From assembly GCA_027310625.1 (NCBI GenBank), contig DAIDAM010000002.1:1123-65122 (forward strand): a stretch of DNA of 64,000 nt, in the 5' to 3' direction. Both the position numbers and the translations under genes were made by a program. Each line of letters opens with the position of its first letter. Position 1 is the stretch's first letter. Shown here one piece after another: positions 10,399 to 18,706 of the stretch. The notes under the pieces were generated by a model. It had not been told where the DNA came from. It made no database searches and was given only the letters and a program-made list of their open reading frames with translations. The stretch comes from a bacterium. Lineage in GTDB: Bacteria > Patescibacteriota > Minisyncoccia > UBA6257 > 2-01-FULL-56-20.

Positions 10399-10472
10399 GT
10401 TTTAATGGTTATGCTAGGATTATACTGCATTAATAGCATTCATCTAGAAGTTTATTAACAACCCACCGTCTA

Positions 10473-11210
10473 TTGCCGATGGACACTAACAAAACAAGAA
10501 TAATACTGGTTTCCGTGCTGGGAGGGATTGCGCTTTCGGGTGCAGCGCTCTTCTTGTTTGTTAATTCTAACCCCCAACTTGCTGAAAATTATATCAAGTC
10601 ATTCAAGGGTTTGCCGCCGGAAGACACTATTGTTGACGTTGGACAAGCGAATGCCGATTTAGGGTTGCGTAAATACGGGTTGGCAATTCCTAGTTCCAAG
10701 GCGTCTTCGGAATACAAAAATGCCTTTGAACTTGCCTTCAATGAACTTGATATTCTTGATTCAACATTCAGGACGTCTCTTTACCCTCTTCTCGTCGGCT
10801 TAAAAGATAAATCGGGAAATTACGACGAATTAAGTTCTTCAATACTTAAAATCAGAGGCATAAACGAAATTGAGAAAAAACGAATTGCGATTCTCGGAAA
10901 TTACCTTGATAACTTCAGTTCGGCGAATCAGAAAACCGCCGACGCCGAGACAAAATCGCTGACCTCCGATTTGATTTCAAAATTTATTACGCTTAATGAC
11001 GCCTTTTCATCGTACTTCAGATTCGTTGATAAGATGGTTTCGGGAAGGATCAATGAGGGTTATGTAGAAGAAGGAAAAGCGGTTGCCGCAAATCTTGCCT
11101 CCGCCAAAAAAGCTTTCTTGGAAGCGAGTAAAAAGTTGACTGAATTCTTTATAGGAGCTTCAAGGGCTGTTTCAACTTCGCCGACAATAGTTAAGCCTCC
11201 AGCCCAATAA
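10473..11210 (+). CDS. Hypothetical membrane-anchored helical protein
   Basis: 245-aa ORF with N-terminal TM; may start at ATG 10479. Confidence 0.65.
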   Translation: MPMDTNKTRIILVSVLGGIALSGAALFLFVNSNPQLAENYIKSFKGLPPEDTIVDVGQANADLGLRKYGLAIPSSKASSEYKNAFELAFNELDILDSTFRTSLYPLLVGLKDKSGNYDELSSSILKIRGINEIEKKRIAILGNYLDNFSSANQKTADAETKSLTSDLISKFITLNDAFSSYFRFVDKMVSGRINEGYVEEGKAVAANLASAKKAFLEASKKLTEFFIGASRAVSTSPTIVKPPAQ

Positions 11211-11294
11211 TTTGATCTTCGATGGTGAAGTAAAAAAAGCCCACGCGTACGGTTGAGCGTGGTGCTAGTTTGTTCTGCTGTCGGCCGCCGCGAG

Positions 11295-11849
11295 TTAGTT
11301 CGTGCTCGTCTTCTTCGCGTCGCCTGCTCTGATTTTCTCGTTGAACTTCATGGCGACGCCTTTTGCCGCGAGCTCTACCAGCGGTCCGGTGATGCCGTTT
11401 CGCTGGTAGAACACTAGTCCCACGGGAGCAGGAGACTTGATGCCAGCGGGGGGTTGGATTCCCACACCGCCAGCAAGCTCGCCGCTGTCCGGATCGTACA
11501 CGATCGCGAGCCGGACCTCTCTTGCCCCGTTCGTCCCGTCCGGTACTACCTGGAAGCCGGAGTTTTCAAGTTTCTCCTTGAGGACGCCCGCGAAGACCCT
11601 GGCAACCTCGTCGATCGCAGCGTACTCGGGAGCATCTTCTGCCAACGGAGCTTTCGGGTTTTTGCCCGACCTCCTGATGACGGTGATGTACACCGGTCCT
11701 TCCACTGCATAGGGCAATTCCTTCAGGCGTTCGGCAGTGTCGACTTTGACGTCTATCCTTAGATTCATCTGCGGGTTCGGCTGTGCTCCCGCCGGCGCCG
11801 CGATCGCAAGCGCGAACAGCGCCGCGAGAACCGCTTTCAGGACCTTCAT
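11295..11849 (-). CDS. Hypothetical secreted protein
   Basis: Signal peptide MKVLKAVLAALFALAIAAPAGA; hairpin plus T-run downstream (about 11232-11265). Confidence 0.7.
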   Translation of the reverse strand: MKVLKAVLAALFALAIAAPAGAQPNPQMNLRIDVKVDTAERLKELPYAVEGPVYITVIRRSGKNPKAPLAEDAPEYAAIDEVARVFAGVLKEKLENSGFQVVPDGTNGAREVRLAIVYDPDSGELAGGVGIQPPAGIKSPAPVGLVFYQRNGITGPLVELAAKGVAMKFNEKIRAGDAKKTSTN

Positions 11850-12105
11850 GGCTTACCTTACCTTTCTGCGTTCAAAACGCGTGTGAAATTGACAAGTACT
11901 GCTACGTGCCAATACCCTACCATACTTTCGCCAAAACTTCAAGGTGCAGAAATTCGTTGAAAATGCTTGTTTAGATGCCCAACAATCTCTGCCGGCAGCA
12001 TGAAGGATGGTTTTTATTTTATTTGAAATGCGGAGATGAGAAAAAATTCCTTACCGGTTTCATCGTTATTTTTCAGTATAGCAAAGGCAGGTTTTTTAAA
12101 GAGAT

Positions 12106-12134
12106 TTGCTCTTCTTAAATTTTTCGTTTATAAT
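12106..12134 (+). promoter_or_regulatory. Sigma70-type promoter for rpsO, near-leaderless
   Basis: TTGCTC-N17-TATAAT ending 6 nt before GTG 12141. Confidence 0.55.
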
Positions 12135-12140
12135 CATGCG

Positions 12141-12401
12141 GTGCTTACCAAACGCGTAAAGTCAAAGACAATCAGAGAATCGCAAAGACACGAAAAGGAC
12201 ACTGGTTCAGCGGAAGTGCAGATTTCCGTCCTTTCAAGGCGGATTGAGGAACTCTCTTCGCATCTGAAGAAGAATCCAAAAGACCAGCATTCGCGGCGCG
12301 GGCTTTTGAAAATGGTCAGCAAAAGAAGGAAACTTTTGAATTATTTGAAGGAAAAACAGCCGAATGTGTATGCGAAACTCGCAAGAAAACTGGGGCTGTG
12401 A
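12141..12401 (+). CDS. rpsO: 30S ribosomal protein S15
   Basis: [12 protein letters not shown]...[29 protein letters not shown]; GTG 12141 gives 86 aa. Confidence 0.95.
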   Translation: MLTKRVKSKTIRESQRHEKDTGSAEVQISVLSRRIEELSSHLKKNPKDQHSRRGLLKMVSKRRKLLNYLKEKQPNVYAKLARKLGL

Positions 12402-12402
12402 C

Positions 12403-12855
12403 CATCACCGAATAACGAATCCGGTTGCGAATGAACGAATTAAAAAGAAAAGATTTAGTTTATCCAAATTTGAGCTATAAAATAATTGGATGTGCGTTTG
12501 ATGTACACAACAGTTTAGGCGATGGACATCATGAAAAGTATTACCAGCGAGCACTGGCAGAATCTTTTCGGCAAAACAATATTAATTTCAAACAACAAGT
12601 TTATTTTCCTTTGCAGTATCGCGGTAAAATAGTCGGGAGAAATTTCTTGGACTTTCTGGTGGAAGACAAAATTGTCGTCGAAATCAAAAAAGGAAACAGA
12701 TATTCCAAAAAGCACGTCAATCAGGTACTCGAATATTTAAAAATGACCAACACCAAGTTAGCCATTTTGATAAACTTTGGTTCCGATGGTGTTTCTTTCA
12801 AAAGAGTCGTAAACTTTAATTCGTAAATTCGTTCAAAATTCGTTATTCGTTGATG
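12403..12855. mobile_element. Inverted-repeat cassette carrying the GxxExxY gene (putative)
   Basis: Left end catcaccgaataacgaat...cgaatgaacgaatt (12403-12441); right end aattcgtaaattcg...aattcgttattcgttgatg (12818-12855); empty versions at 25918-25989 and 49470-49577. Confidence 0.65.
12431..12826 (+). CDS. GxxExxY protein (PD-(D/E)xK nuclease-like)
   Basis: LGDGHHEKYYQRAL, DFLVEDKIVVEIK, QVLEYL, LAILINFG. Confidence 0.9.
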   Translation: MNELKRKDLVYPNLSYKIIGCAFDVHNSLGDGHHEKYYQRALAESFRQNNINFKQQVYFPLQYRGKIVGRNFLDFLVEDKIVVEIKKGNRYSKKHVNQVLEYLKMTNTKLAILINFGSDGVSFKRVVNFNS

Positions 12856-12863
12856 ATAATAAC

Positions 12864-13376
12864 ATGAAATCCACCACTGTTCACGAGGACCAGCGCATAG
12901 GCATTTTCATTGACGTTCAGAATCTTTACCATTCCGCGAAAAACCTTTATCGCGGCAGGGTCAACTACAAAGAACTTCTGAAAAACCTCGTCGCCGGGCG
13001 AAAACTCATCCGTGCCGTGGCCTACGTCGTCAAAAGCGAAACCGCCGTCGGCGAAGCGGCGTTCTTCGAAGCGCTTGAAAAAGAGGGGCTGGAACTCCGC
13101 TCGAAGGATTTACAGATTTATCCCGACGGTACGAAAAAAGCCGACTGGGACGTGGGTATGGCGGTGGACGCAATCCGCATGGCGCCCTCGCTCGACTCCG
13201 TGATTCTGGTCACCGGCGACGGCGATTTCGTTCCGCTCGTGGAGTATATCAAGTGGGGAGTGGGCTCAATGGTTGAAGTCGCCGCCTTCAAAAGAAGCGC
13301 GTCGCTCAAGATTCAGGAAGCGGCCGACAGGTTTATAAATATGGAGGAGATACCGAGGATAATATTGCGCAAATAA
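12864..13376 (+). CDS. NYN domain (LabA/DUF88) protein
   Basis: IFIDVQNLY, KADWDVGMAVD, VTGDGDFVPLV. Confidence 0.9.
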   Translation: MKSTTVHEDQRIGIFIDVQNLYHSAKNLYRGRVNYKELLKNLVAGRKLIRAVAYVVKSETAVGEAAFFEALEKEGLELRSKDLQIYPDGTKKADWDVGMAVDAIRMAPSLDSVILVTGDGDFVPLVEYIKWGVGSMVEVAAFKRSASLKIQEAADRFINMEEIPRIILRK

Positions 13377-13378
13377 AA

Positions 13379-13476
13379 ATCAGCATTAATCAGCCGCTAT
13401 CCGCATAAATCAGCGTCAAAAGTATTATTTCAGCCCTGAACGCTGATAGATGCTGATTTAGCCGATTGATGCTGAT
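13379..13476. repeat. Inverted 4+4 array of ~10-nt units (ATCAGC...GCTGAT family)
   Basis: Four ATC(A/C)GC units, spacer, four GC(T/C)GAT units; related copies at 27660-27758 and 40941-41022. Confidence 0.8.
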
Positions 13477-13487
13477 ACGATGAATCA

Positions 13488-15590
13488 ATGACTAGAAAAC
13501 AATACACAACTGAAGTCGGCGGAAAAACGCTGACCATTGAAATCTCTCCTCTCGCAGAACAGGCAAACGGCGCCGCGCTCGCGAAATACGGCGAAACAGC
13601 GGTTTTGGTGACCGCGGTTATGGAAAAAAGGGAGGGCGATTTTGATTACGTCCCGCTCAAGGTTGACTACGAGGAAAGATTTTACGCCGCCGGAAAAGTT
13701 ATCGGTTCCAGATACATCAGGCGCGAAGGCCGTCCGTCGGAGGAAGCGGTTTTGTCGGCGCGGCTTGTGGACCGCGTCATCCGCCCGCTTTTTGACGAAC
13801 ACATCAGGAACGAAATGCAGGTGGTGGCGACCGTCCTCGCCTACGACGAGGAAAACGACCCCGACTTTGTGGGGCTGATGGCGGCGTCGATCGCGCTCGG
13901 AATCTCGGACATTTCCTGGAACGGGCCGGCCGCGGGCGTGCGCGTCGCGAAAATCGGCGGAAAAATCGTCGTCAACCCGACCTCGTCCGAAACAAAAAAC
14001 CCGGAGTGCGAGATGGAAATGTTCGCCGCCGGACCGAAAGGGAAAATAAATATGATTGAGCTCGGCGGGAAAGAAATTTCCGAAAAGGAAATCGTCTCGG
14101 CTTGCGAGGCGGCGCAGAGAGAAATAGACGAACTCATTCACTTTCAGGAAAAAATAATAAAGGAGAGCGGCAAGAAAAAAGCGGCCCTGAAACTTTTTGA
14201 AGTGGACGCGGAGTTTCGCGCCGAAGCGGAGAAATTTTTGAGAGAAAAAATCGAAAGCGCGATTTACAAGCCGAACAAGCTTGAATACACGGAGGCGATG
14301 GCCAACCTAAAAGCGGAGTACTTCGCCTTTATTTCCGCAAGCGAAAAGTTCGACGGCCGCTCGGCGAATCACGTCTGGGAAGAAGTCATTTGGGAAGTTG
14401 TCCAGAAAAACATTTTGGAAAAAGACAAACGTCCGGACGGCAGAAAACTCGGCGAAATCCGTAAGCTCGACGGCGAAGTGAAACTTTTCGAAAGGACGCA
14501 CGGCTCGGCGCTTTTTATAAGAGGCAACACGCAGACGCTCGCCGTGACGACGCTCGCCGCTCCCGGGGCGGAGCAGTTCATCGAGACGATGGAATTTACG
14601 GGCAAGCGGCGGTTTATGCTTCATTACAACTTTCCGCCTTATTCCGTCGGCGAAATCGGCTCTTTCCGCGGGCCGGGCAGGCGCGAAATCGGGCACGGCG
14701 CACTCGCGGAAAAAGCGCTCCGCTCCTTAATTCCTTCGCAGGAGGAATTTCCTTACACCGTCCGCGTCGTCGCCGAAACTCTTTCATCCAACGGCTCGTC
14801 TTCGATGGCGACGGTTTGCGCCTCCGCGCTTTCCCTGATGGATGCCGGCGTACCTCTCAAAAAACCGGCGGCGGGAATCGCAATGGGGATTGTGGAACGA
14901 CCAGCGACCAGCGACCAGCGACCAGAATATAAAATTTTAACGGACATTCAAGGTCCGGAGGATTTTTACGGCGGAATGGATTTCAAGGTCGCCGGCACGA
15001 GAGACGGCGTGACGGCGGTGCAGTTGGACGTCAAAATCCGCGGGCTCACTTCCGAAATGATTGAAAAAACTTTGGCGCAGGCAAAAGAGGCGCGCCTGCG
15101 GATACTTGATTTTATGAACGGCGTTTTGCCGTCGCCGCGCGAGAAACTTTCCGGCTACGCGCCGACGATAATCCAGCTCCGCATCAATCCCGAAAAAATC
15201 GGCGCCGTCATTGGTTCCGGCGGCAAGGTGATTAACGGACTAATCGAGAAATACAAACTATCGAGCATTGACATTGAAGAGGACGGCCGTGTTTTCATTT
15301 CGGCGGTTGACCGCGAACGCGCGGAAACGGCACTTGGCGAAATAAAAGCGTTGACGCGGGAATACAAAGTCGGCGAAATCGTCGAAGGCAAAGTTGTGAA
15401 ACTTCTGGATTTCGGAGCGATTGTCGATTTAGGCGGCGGCAAGGACGGGATGATCCACGTTTCTGAACTCAAGAATGGTTTCGTTAAAACCGTTAATGAA
15501 GTCGTCAAAGTCGGTGATTTCGTACGCGTGAAAGTGATTCGCGTTGACGCTGACGGGCACATCGGACTTTCGCTGAAGCAAATGGAGTAG
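13488..15590 (+). CDS. pnp: Polyribonucleotide nucleotidyltransferase (PNPase)
   Basis: RPDGR, THGSALF, HYNFPPYSVGE, RREIGHG, SNGSSSMA, MDFKVAGT, KH and S1 domains. Confidence 0.97.
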   Translation: MTRKQYTTEVGGKTLTIEISPLAEQANGAALAKYGETAVLVTAVMEKREGDFDYVPLKVDYEERFYAAGKVIGSRYIRREGRPSEEAVLSARLVDRVIRPLFDEHIRNEMQVVATVLAYDEENDPDFVGLMAASIALGISDISWNGPAAGVRVAKIGGKIVVNPTSSETKNPECEMEMFAAGPKGKINMIELGGKEISEKEIVSACEAAQREIDELIHFQEKIIKESGKKKAALKLFEVDAEFRAEAEKFLREKIESAIYKPNKLEYTEAMANLKAEYFAFISASEKFDGRSANHVWEEVIWEVVQKNILEKDKRPDGRKLGEIRKLDGEVKLFERTHGSALFIRGNTQTLAVTTLAAPGAEQFIETMEFTGKRRFMLHYNFPPYSVGEIGSFRGPGRREIGHGALAEKALRSLIPSQEEFPYTVRVVAETLSSNGSSSMATVCASALSLMDAGVPLKKPAAGIAMGIVERPATSDQRPEYKILTDIQGPEDFYGGMDFKVAGTRDGVTAVQLDVKIRGLTSEMIEKTLAQAKEARLRILDFMNGVLPSPREKLSGYAPTIIQLRINPEKIGAVIGSGGKVINGLIEKYKLSSIDIEEDGRVFISAVDRERAETALGEIKALTREYKVGEIVEGKVVKLLDFGAIVDLGGGKDGMIHVSELKNGFVKTVNEVVKVGDFVRVKVIRVDADGHIGLSLKQME

Positions 15591-15648
15591 CGAGCGACCA
15601 GAGACCAGTGACCAGAGACCGGAAACCAGAGACCAGAGACCAGTAACT
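15591..15648. repeat. Heptamer tandem array (GACCAGA type)
   Basis: gcgaccagagaccagtgaccagagaccggaaaccagagaccagagaccag directly after the pnp stop. Confidence 0.85.
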
Positions 15649-15672
15649 ATATCACTTCTGTTATAATCAGGA

Positions 15673-16644
15673 GTGATTATGGCACAGGAAACTAATCCCG
15701 AACGCGAGCCGCTGACGAGCGTTTCTCCTCCTCCGTTCGAAATCACCGTCAGGACGATGGCTTCCGACGTCGCTTCCATTGCGGCGAGCGGCGGCGGTCC
15801 GCCGAAACCCCATCCGATTAAAATACTTTCAAGAACAGCACAGGAAGTAGGCGGCGTTGGCGGCTTTATAAAAACCGCCGAAGCACCCCCGAAACCGGAG
15901 AAAAAATCAATCCTTTCTTTTTTCTCAAACCCCGTTTTTCTTTACTCGCTTTCGGGAGTTTTTCTGATTTCTGTTTTTCTCGGCGGGTATTTTTTCCTTT
16001 ACCCGCTTCTCAACCCTTCGCCAGCGGAAAAGGGCGGCGCGGCCAACGCGAACCCGCCGCCCGCGTTAACGGAGCATAAAACGTTTTTCAATAAAGTCCT
16101 TGACGGAACGTTTGCGTCTGAAATCACATCGCCGATTAGTGGCCTTGAAATGAAACGCGACGAAATTAACTCCTTCGTCAGCGCGGTTTCCGGCTCGTTT
16201 TTTGAGATAACGCCCGAAAACGGGGAGAGAAAACCGATTTCCGCGGCTGACTTTTTCACGCTTATAAACGGCAACATAATTAATGCTGAGTTTCTGCAAA
16301 ACAATTTTGAAAGCGATTTCACTTTTTATTTGTACAGAAAAGACGGCGGACTTTTCCCGGGATATATTTTGCGCCTAAATGAAAATAAACTGAAAATTCT
16401 CACTGAGAGTTCCGTGCAGTCGAGGATAGAAAGCGCGTCATCAACCTGGACCAATCTCTTTTTTGATTATCCGGGCGATGCGAATGGGCAGTTCAGGAGC
16501 GAACTTTTGAGCGGACAGCCAATAAGAATTTTGAACTTCACAAACGCCTCAAGCGTCCTTGCCTACGGCTGGTTCGGAAACAACAGATATTTGATTATCA
16601 GCACGTCGCTTGAAGGTTTAAAGCAGGCGATTTCGCGATTCTGA
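15673..16644 (+). CDS. Hypothetical membrane-anchored protein
   Basis: 323 aa, VRTMASD motif, Pro-rich linker, single TM. Confidence 0.7.
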   Translation: MIMAQETNPEREPLTSVSPPPFEITVRTMASDVASIAASGGGPPKPHPIKILSRTAQEVGGVGGFIKTAEAPPKPEKKSILSFFSNPVFLYSLSGVFLISVFLGGYFFLYPLLNPSPAEKGGAANANPPPALTEHKTFFNKVLDGTFASEITSPISGLEMKRDEINSFVSAVSGSFFEITPENGERKPISAADFFTLINGNIINAEFLQNNFESDFTFYLYRKDGGLFPGYILRLNENKLKILTESSVQSRIESASSTWTNLFFDYPGDANGQFRSELLSGQPIRILNFTNASSVLAYGWFGNNRYLIISTSLEGLKQAISRF

Positions 16645-16848
16645 TTTTCATTCCCGTAGCACGAGGTATTCAACCCTTTGTCAGCACGTTTCTGCTGGCG
16701 CAAAAAACAAACGGCAACAAAGAAAAAACAAGAACACCGCTATGACTAGTCATAGCGGCTCCCGTTGTTGTATTATTTGGCTGTTCAGTATCCCTTCATT
16801 CCTTCCGGTTTTTTAAAAATTTCCGAGTTTCTAACGTAGTTTCTACTC

Positions 16849-17862
16849 TTACTTCGCCTGTGCCTTAACCTTCGCCTTGATCTCGTTCAAAAGTTTTTTG
16901 TCTTCGGCGAGCTTTTCACAGGATTTTTCGAAGCCGACGCCGAGCTTTTCGCCGCCAAGGGAATACGACGCGCCGGATTTCGTAACGACGCCGTATTTCA
17001 GCGCCGCGTTCAAGACATCGGCTTCGTAGGAAATTCCCTTGCCGTACATCAGGTCGAACTCCGACATTTTGAACGGCGGCGCCACTTTGTTTTTTACGAC
17101 TTTCACGCGCACGCGGCTGCCGACGATGTCTTCGCCTTTTTTCACCTGCGCGATTCTGCGGACGTCGAGGCGGACGGAAGCGGCGAATTTCAAGGCGAGA
17201 CCGCCCGGCGTCGTTTCCGGATTGCCGAACATTATGCCGATTTTCATCCGGATTTGATTGATGAAAATTATCATCGTTTGCGTCCGCGCGGCGAGCGCCG
17301 TCAGTTTGCGGAGCGCCTGCGACATCATTCGCGCCTGCCGGCCGACGTGCTGGTCGCCCATCTCGCCTTCGATTTCGGCCTTCGGCGTTAGCGCGGCGAC
17401 GGAGTCAACGACGACGACGGAAATCGCTTCCGAGCGCACCAAACTTTCAAGAATGTTCAGCGCCTCTTCGCCGTTGTCCGGCTGCGATATCAGAAGATCG
17501 TTTACTTTCACGCCGAGATTGGAGGCGTACTCCGGGTCGAGAGCGTGTTCGGCGTCGATGTAAGCCGCTTTCCCGCCCTGCTTTTGCGCTTGGGCGACGA
17601 CATTCAGGGCGAGCGTCGTTTTGCCGCTGCCTTCCGGTCCGAAAATTTCAATCACTCTTCCGCGCGGCAAGCCGCCCACTCCGAGCGCCATATCAAGTGA
17701 AAAAGAGCCAGTCGGTATCACCGCGACGTCAACGTGCCTCACGTCGCCGAGTTTCATTATCGCGCCTTCGCCGAATTTTTCCTGCAGCGACGACATCAAG
17801 TCGTCAATTTGCGATTTTTTTTCTTGCGGCGAGTTTTCCCGGGCCGCTTCTTTTTTGGTCAT
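16849..17862 (-). CDS. recA: Recombinase A
   Basis: [56 protein letters not shown]. Confidence 0.98.
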   Translation of the reverse strand: MTKKEAARENSPQEKKSQIDDLMSSLQEKFGEGAIMKLGDVRHVDVAVIPTGSFSLDMALGVGGLPRGRVIEIFGPEGSGKTTLALNVVAQAQKQGGKAAYIDAEHALDPEYASNLGVKVNDLLISQPDNGEEALNILESLVRSEAISVVVVDSVAALTPKAEIEGEMGDQHVGRQARMMSQALRKLTALAARTQTMIIFINQIRMKIGIMFGNPETTPGGLALKFAASVRLDVRRIAQVKKGEDIVGSRVRVKVVKNKVAPPFKMSEFDLMYGKGISYEADVLNAALKYGVVTKSGASYSLGGEKLGVGFEKSCEKLAEDKKLLNEIKAKVKAQAK

Positions 17863-17951
17863 AGGTTTAAATAATCAGTGATCAGAATTAAAGGACTTCT
17901 GATGTCTATTGACCGGTGTCTGATACCTCAAATTTATTATACCCCATCCCG

Positions 17952-18611
17952 TTATTGCGATAAAACTTGGCCGCTCGTGCCCGTTGCCGGCTGATACATT
18001 ATTTGGCGCACAATTTTAGCTTCGCGCCCCAGGAATTTTTTTGCTTTCACTTCCACATTATTTATGCCCGCCTGAAGCTCAATGTCTTTTCGCCAGTCCC
18101 CGTTTGCCTGAATTTCAATTTTTTCGCCGTTAACCGTCAGTTCGTCGCTGTTTGAAACCTTGCCGCTTATAGTCGCGCGGTTGTTTACGGTTACAATCAG
18201 CGCCTCGGCGGGATTTTCAACCCTCAAAGCAGGAGTTCCTGAAATTTCGTAGAATCTGAAACCGAGGTAGAGAATGATTGCGAGTGCAACGGCGCCGATT
18301 ATCAGATATTTGTTCGCCGGCTTTCTTGAAAATCTGTTTCTTGTGATTTCGTCTCCTTTGCCGGAGCTTTTTTCGGCGGCAAGTTTTTTCATTTCTTCCC
18401 ACGCTTCTTCCGGATTGAAATCCAAAACTTCGCCGAGCTTCCAAAGATAACCCTTGAGATACGGGGGAGAAGGCAGGCGCGCCGGGTCGCCCGAAAAAAT
18501 GCCTTCAATGTTTTTTGCCGAAATCCCCGTCAGTTCTGATAGCTGTTTTATGCCGACTCCTTTCTCGCGCGCACGCTCGCTCAAAAAGTTTGAAAATTCA
18601 CTATAGTCCAT
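17952..18611 (-). CDS. RodZ-like HTH-TM protein with C-terminal Ig-like domain
   Basis: N-terminal XRE-like HTH with LPSPPYLKGYL, one TM, beta-rich C-terminus; lies between ftsK and recA. Confidence 0.7.
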   Translation of the reverse strand: MDYSEFSNFLSERAREKGVGIKQLSELTGISAKNIEGIFSGDPARLPSPPYLKGYLWKLGEVLDFNPEEAWEEMKKLAAEKSSGKGDEITRNRFSRKPANKYLIIGAVALAIILYLGFRFYEISGTPALRVENPAEALIVTVNNRATISGKVSNSDELTVNGEKIEIQANGDWRKDIELQAGINNVEVKAKKFLGREAKIVRQIMYQPATGTSGQVLSQ

Positions 18612-18626
18612 AATTTATTTATAAGC

Positions 18627-18706
18627 AATATCCATCGATATCCACAAGTATCAATAAATATCGAACTTGATATTTTAGATACTCGCTCCGCGATACTCAT
18701 GGATAT
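18627..18706. repeat. Inverted array of (A/G)TATC / GATA(T/C) units
   Basis: aatatccatcgatatccacaagtatcaataaatatc...gatattttagatactcgctccgcgatactcatggatatt. Confidence 0.6.

Noticed and set aside
13379-15648. CRISPR array in the short-repeat regions
   Set aside because: Units are 7-10 nt without unique 25-45 nt spacers, and there are no cas genes in the window.
16737-16758. Perfect 22-bp palindrome CCGCTATGACTAGTCATAGCGG between convergent genes
   Set aside because: Single copy in the window; it could be a terminator or another small insert, and nothing supports a specific call.
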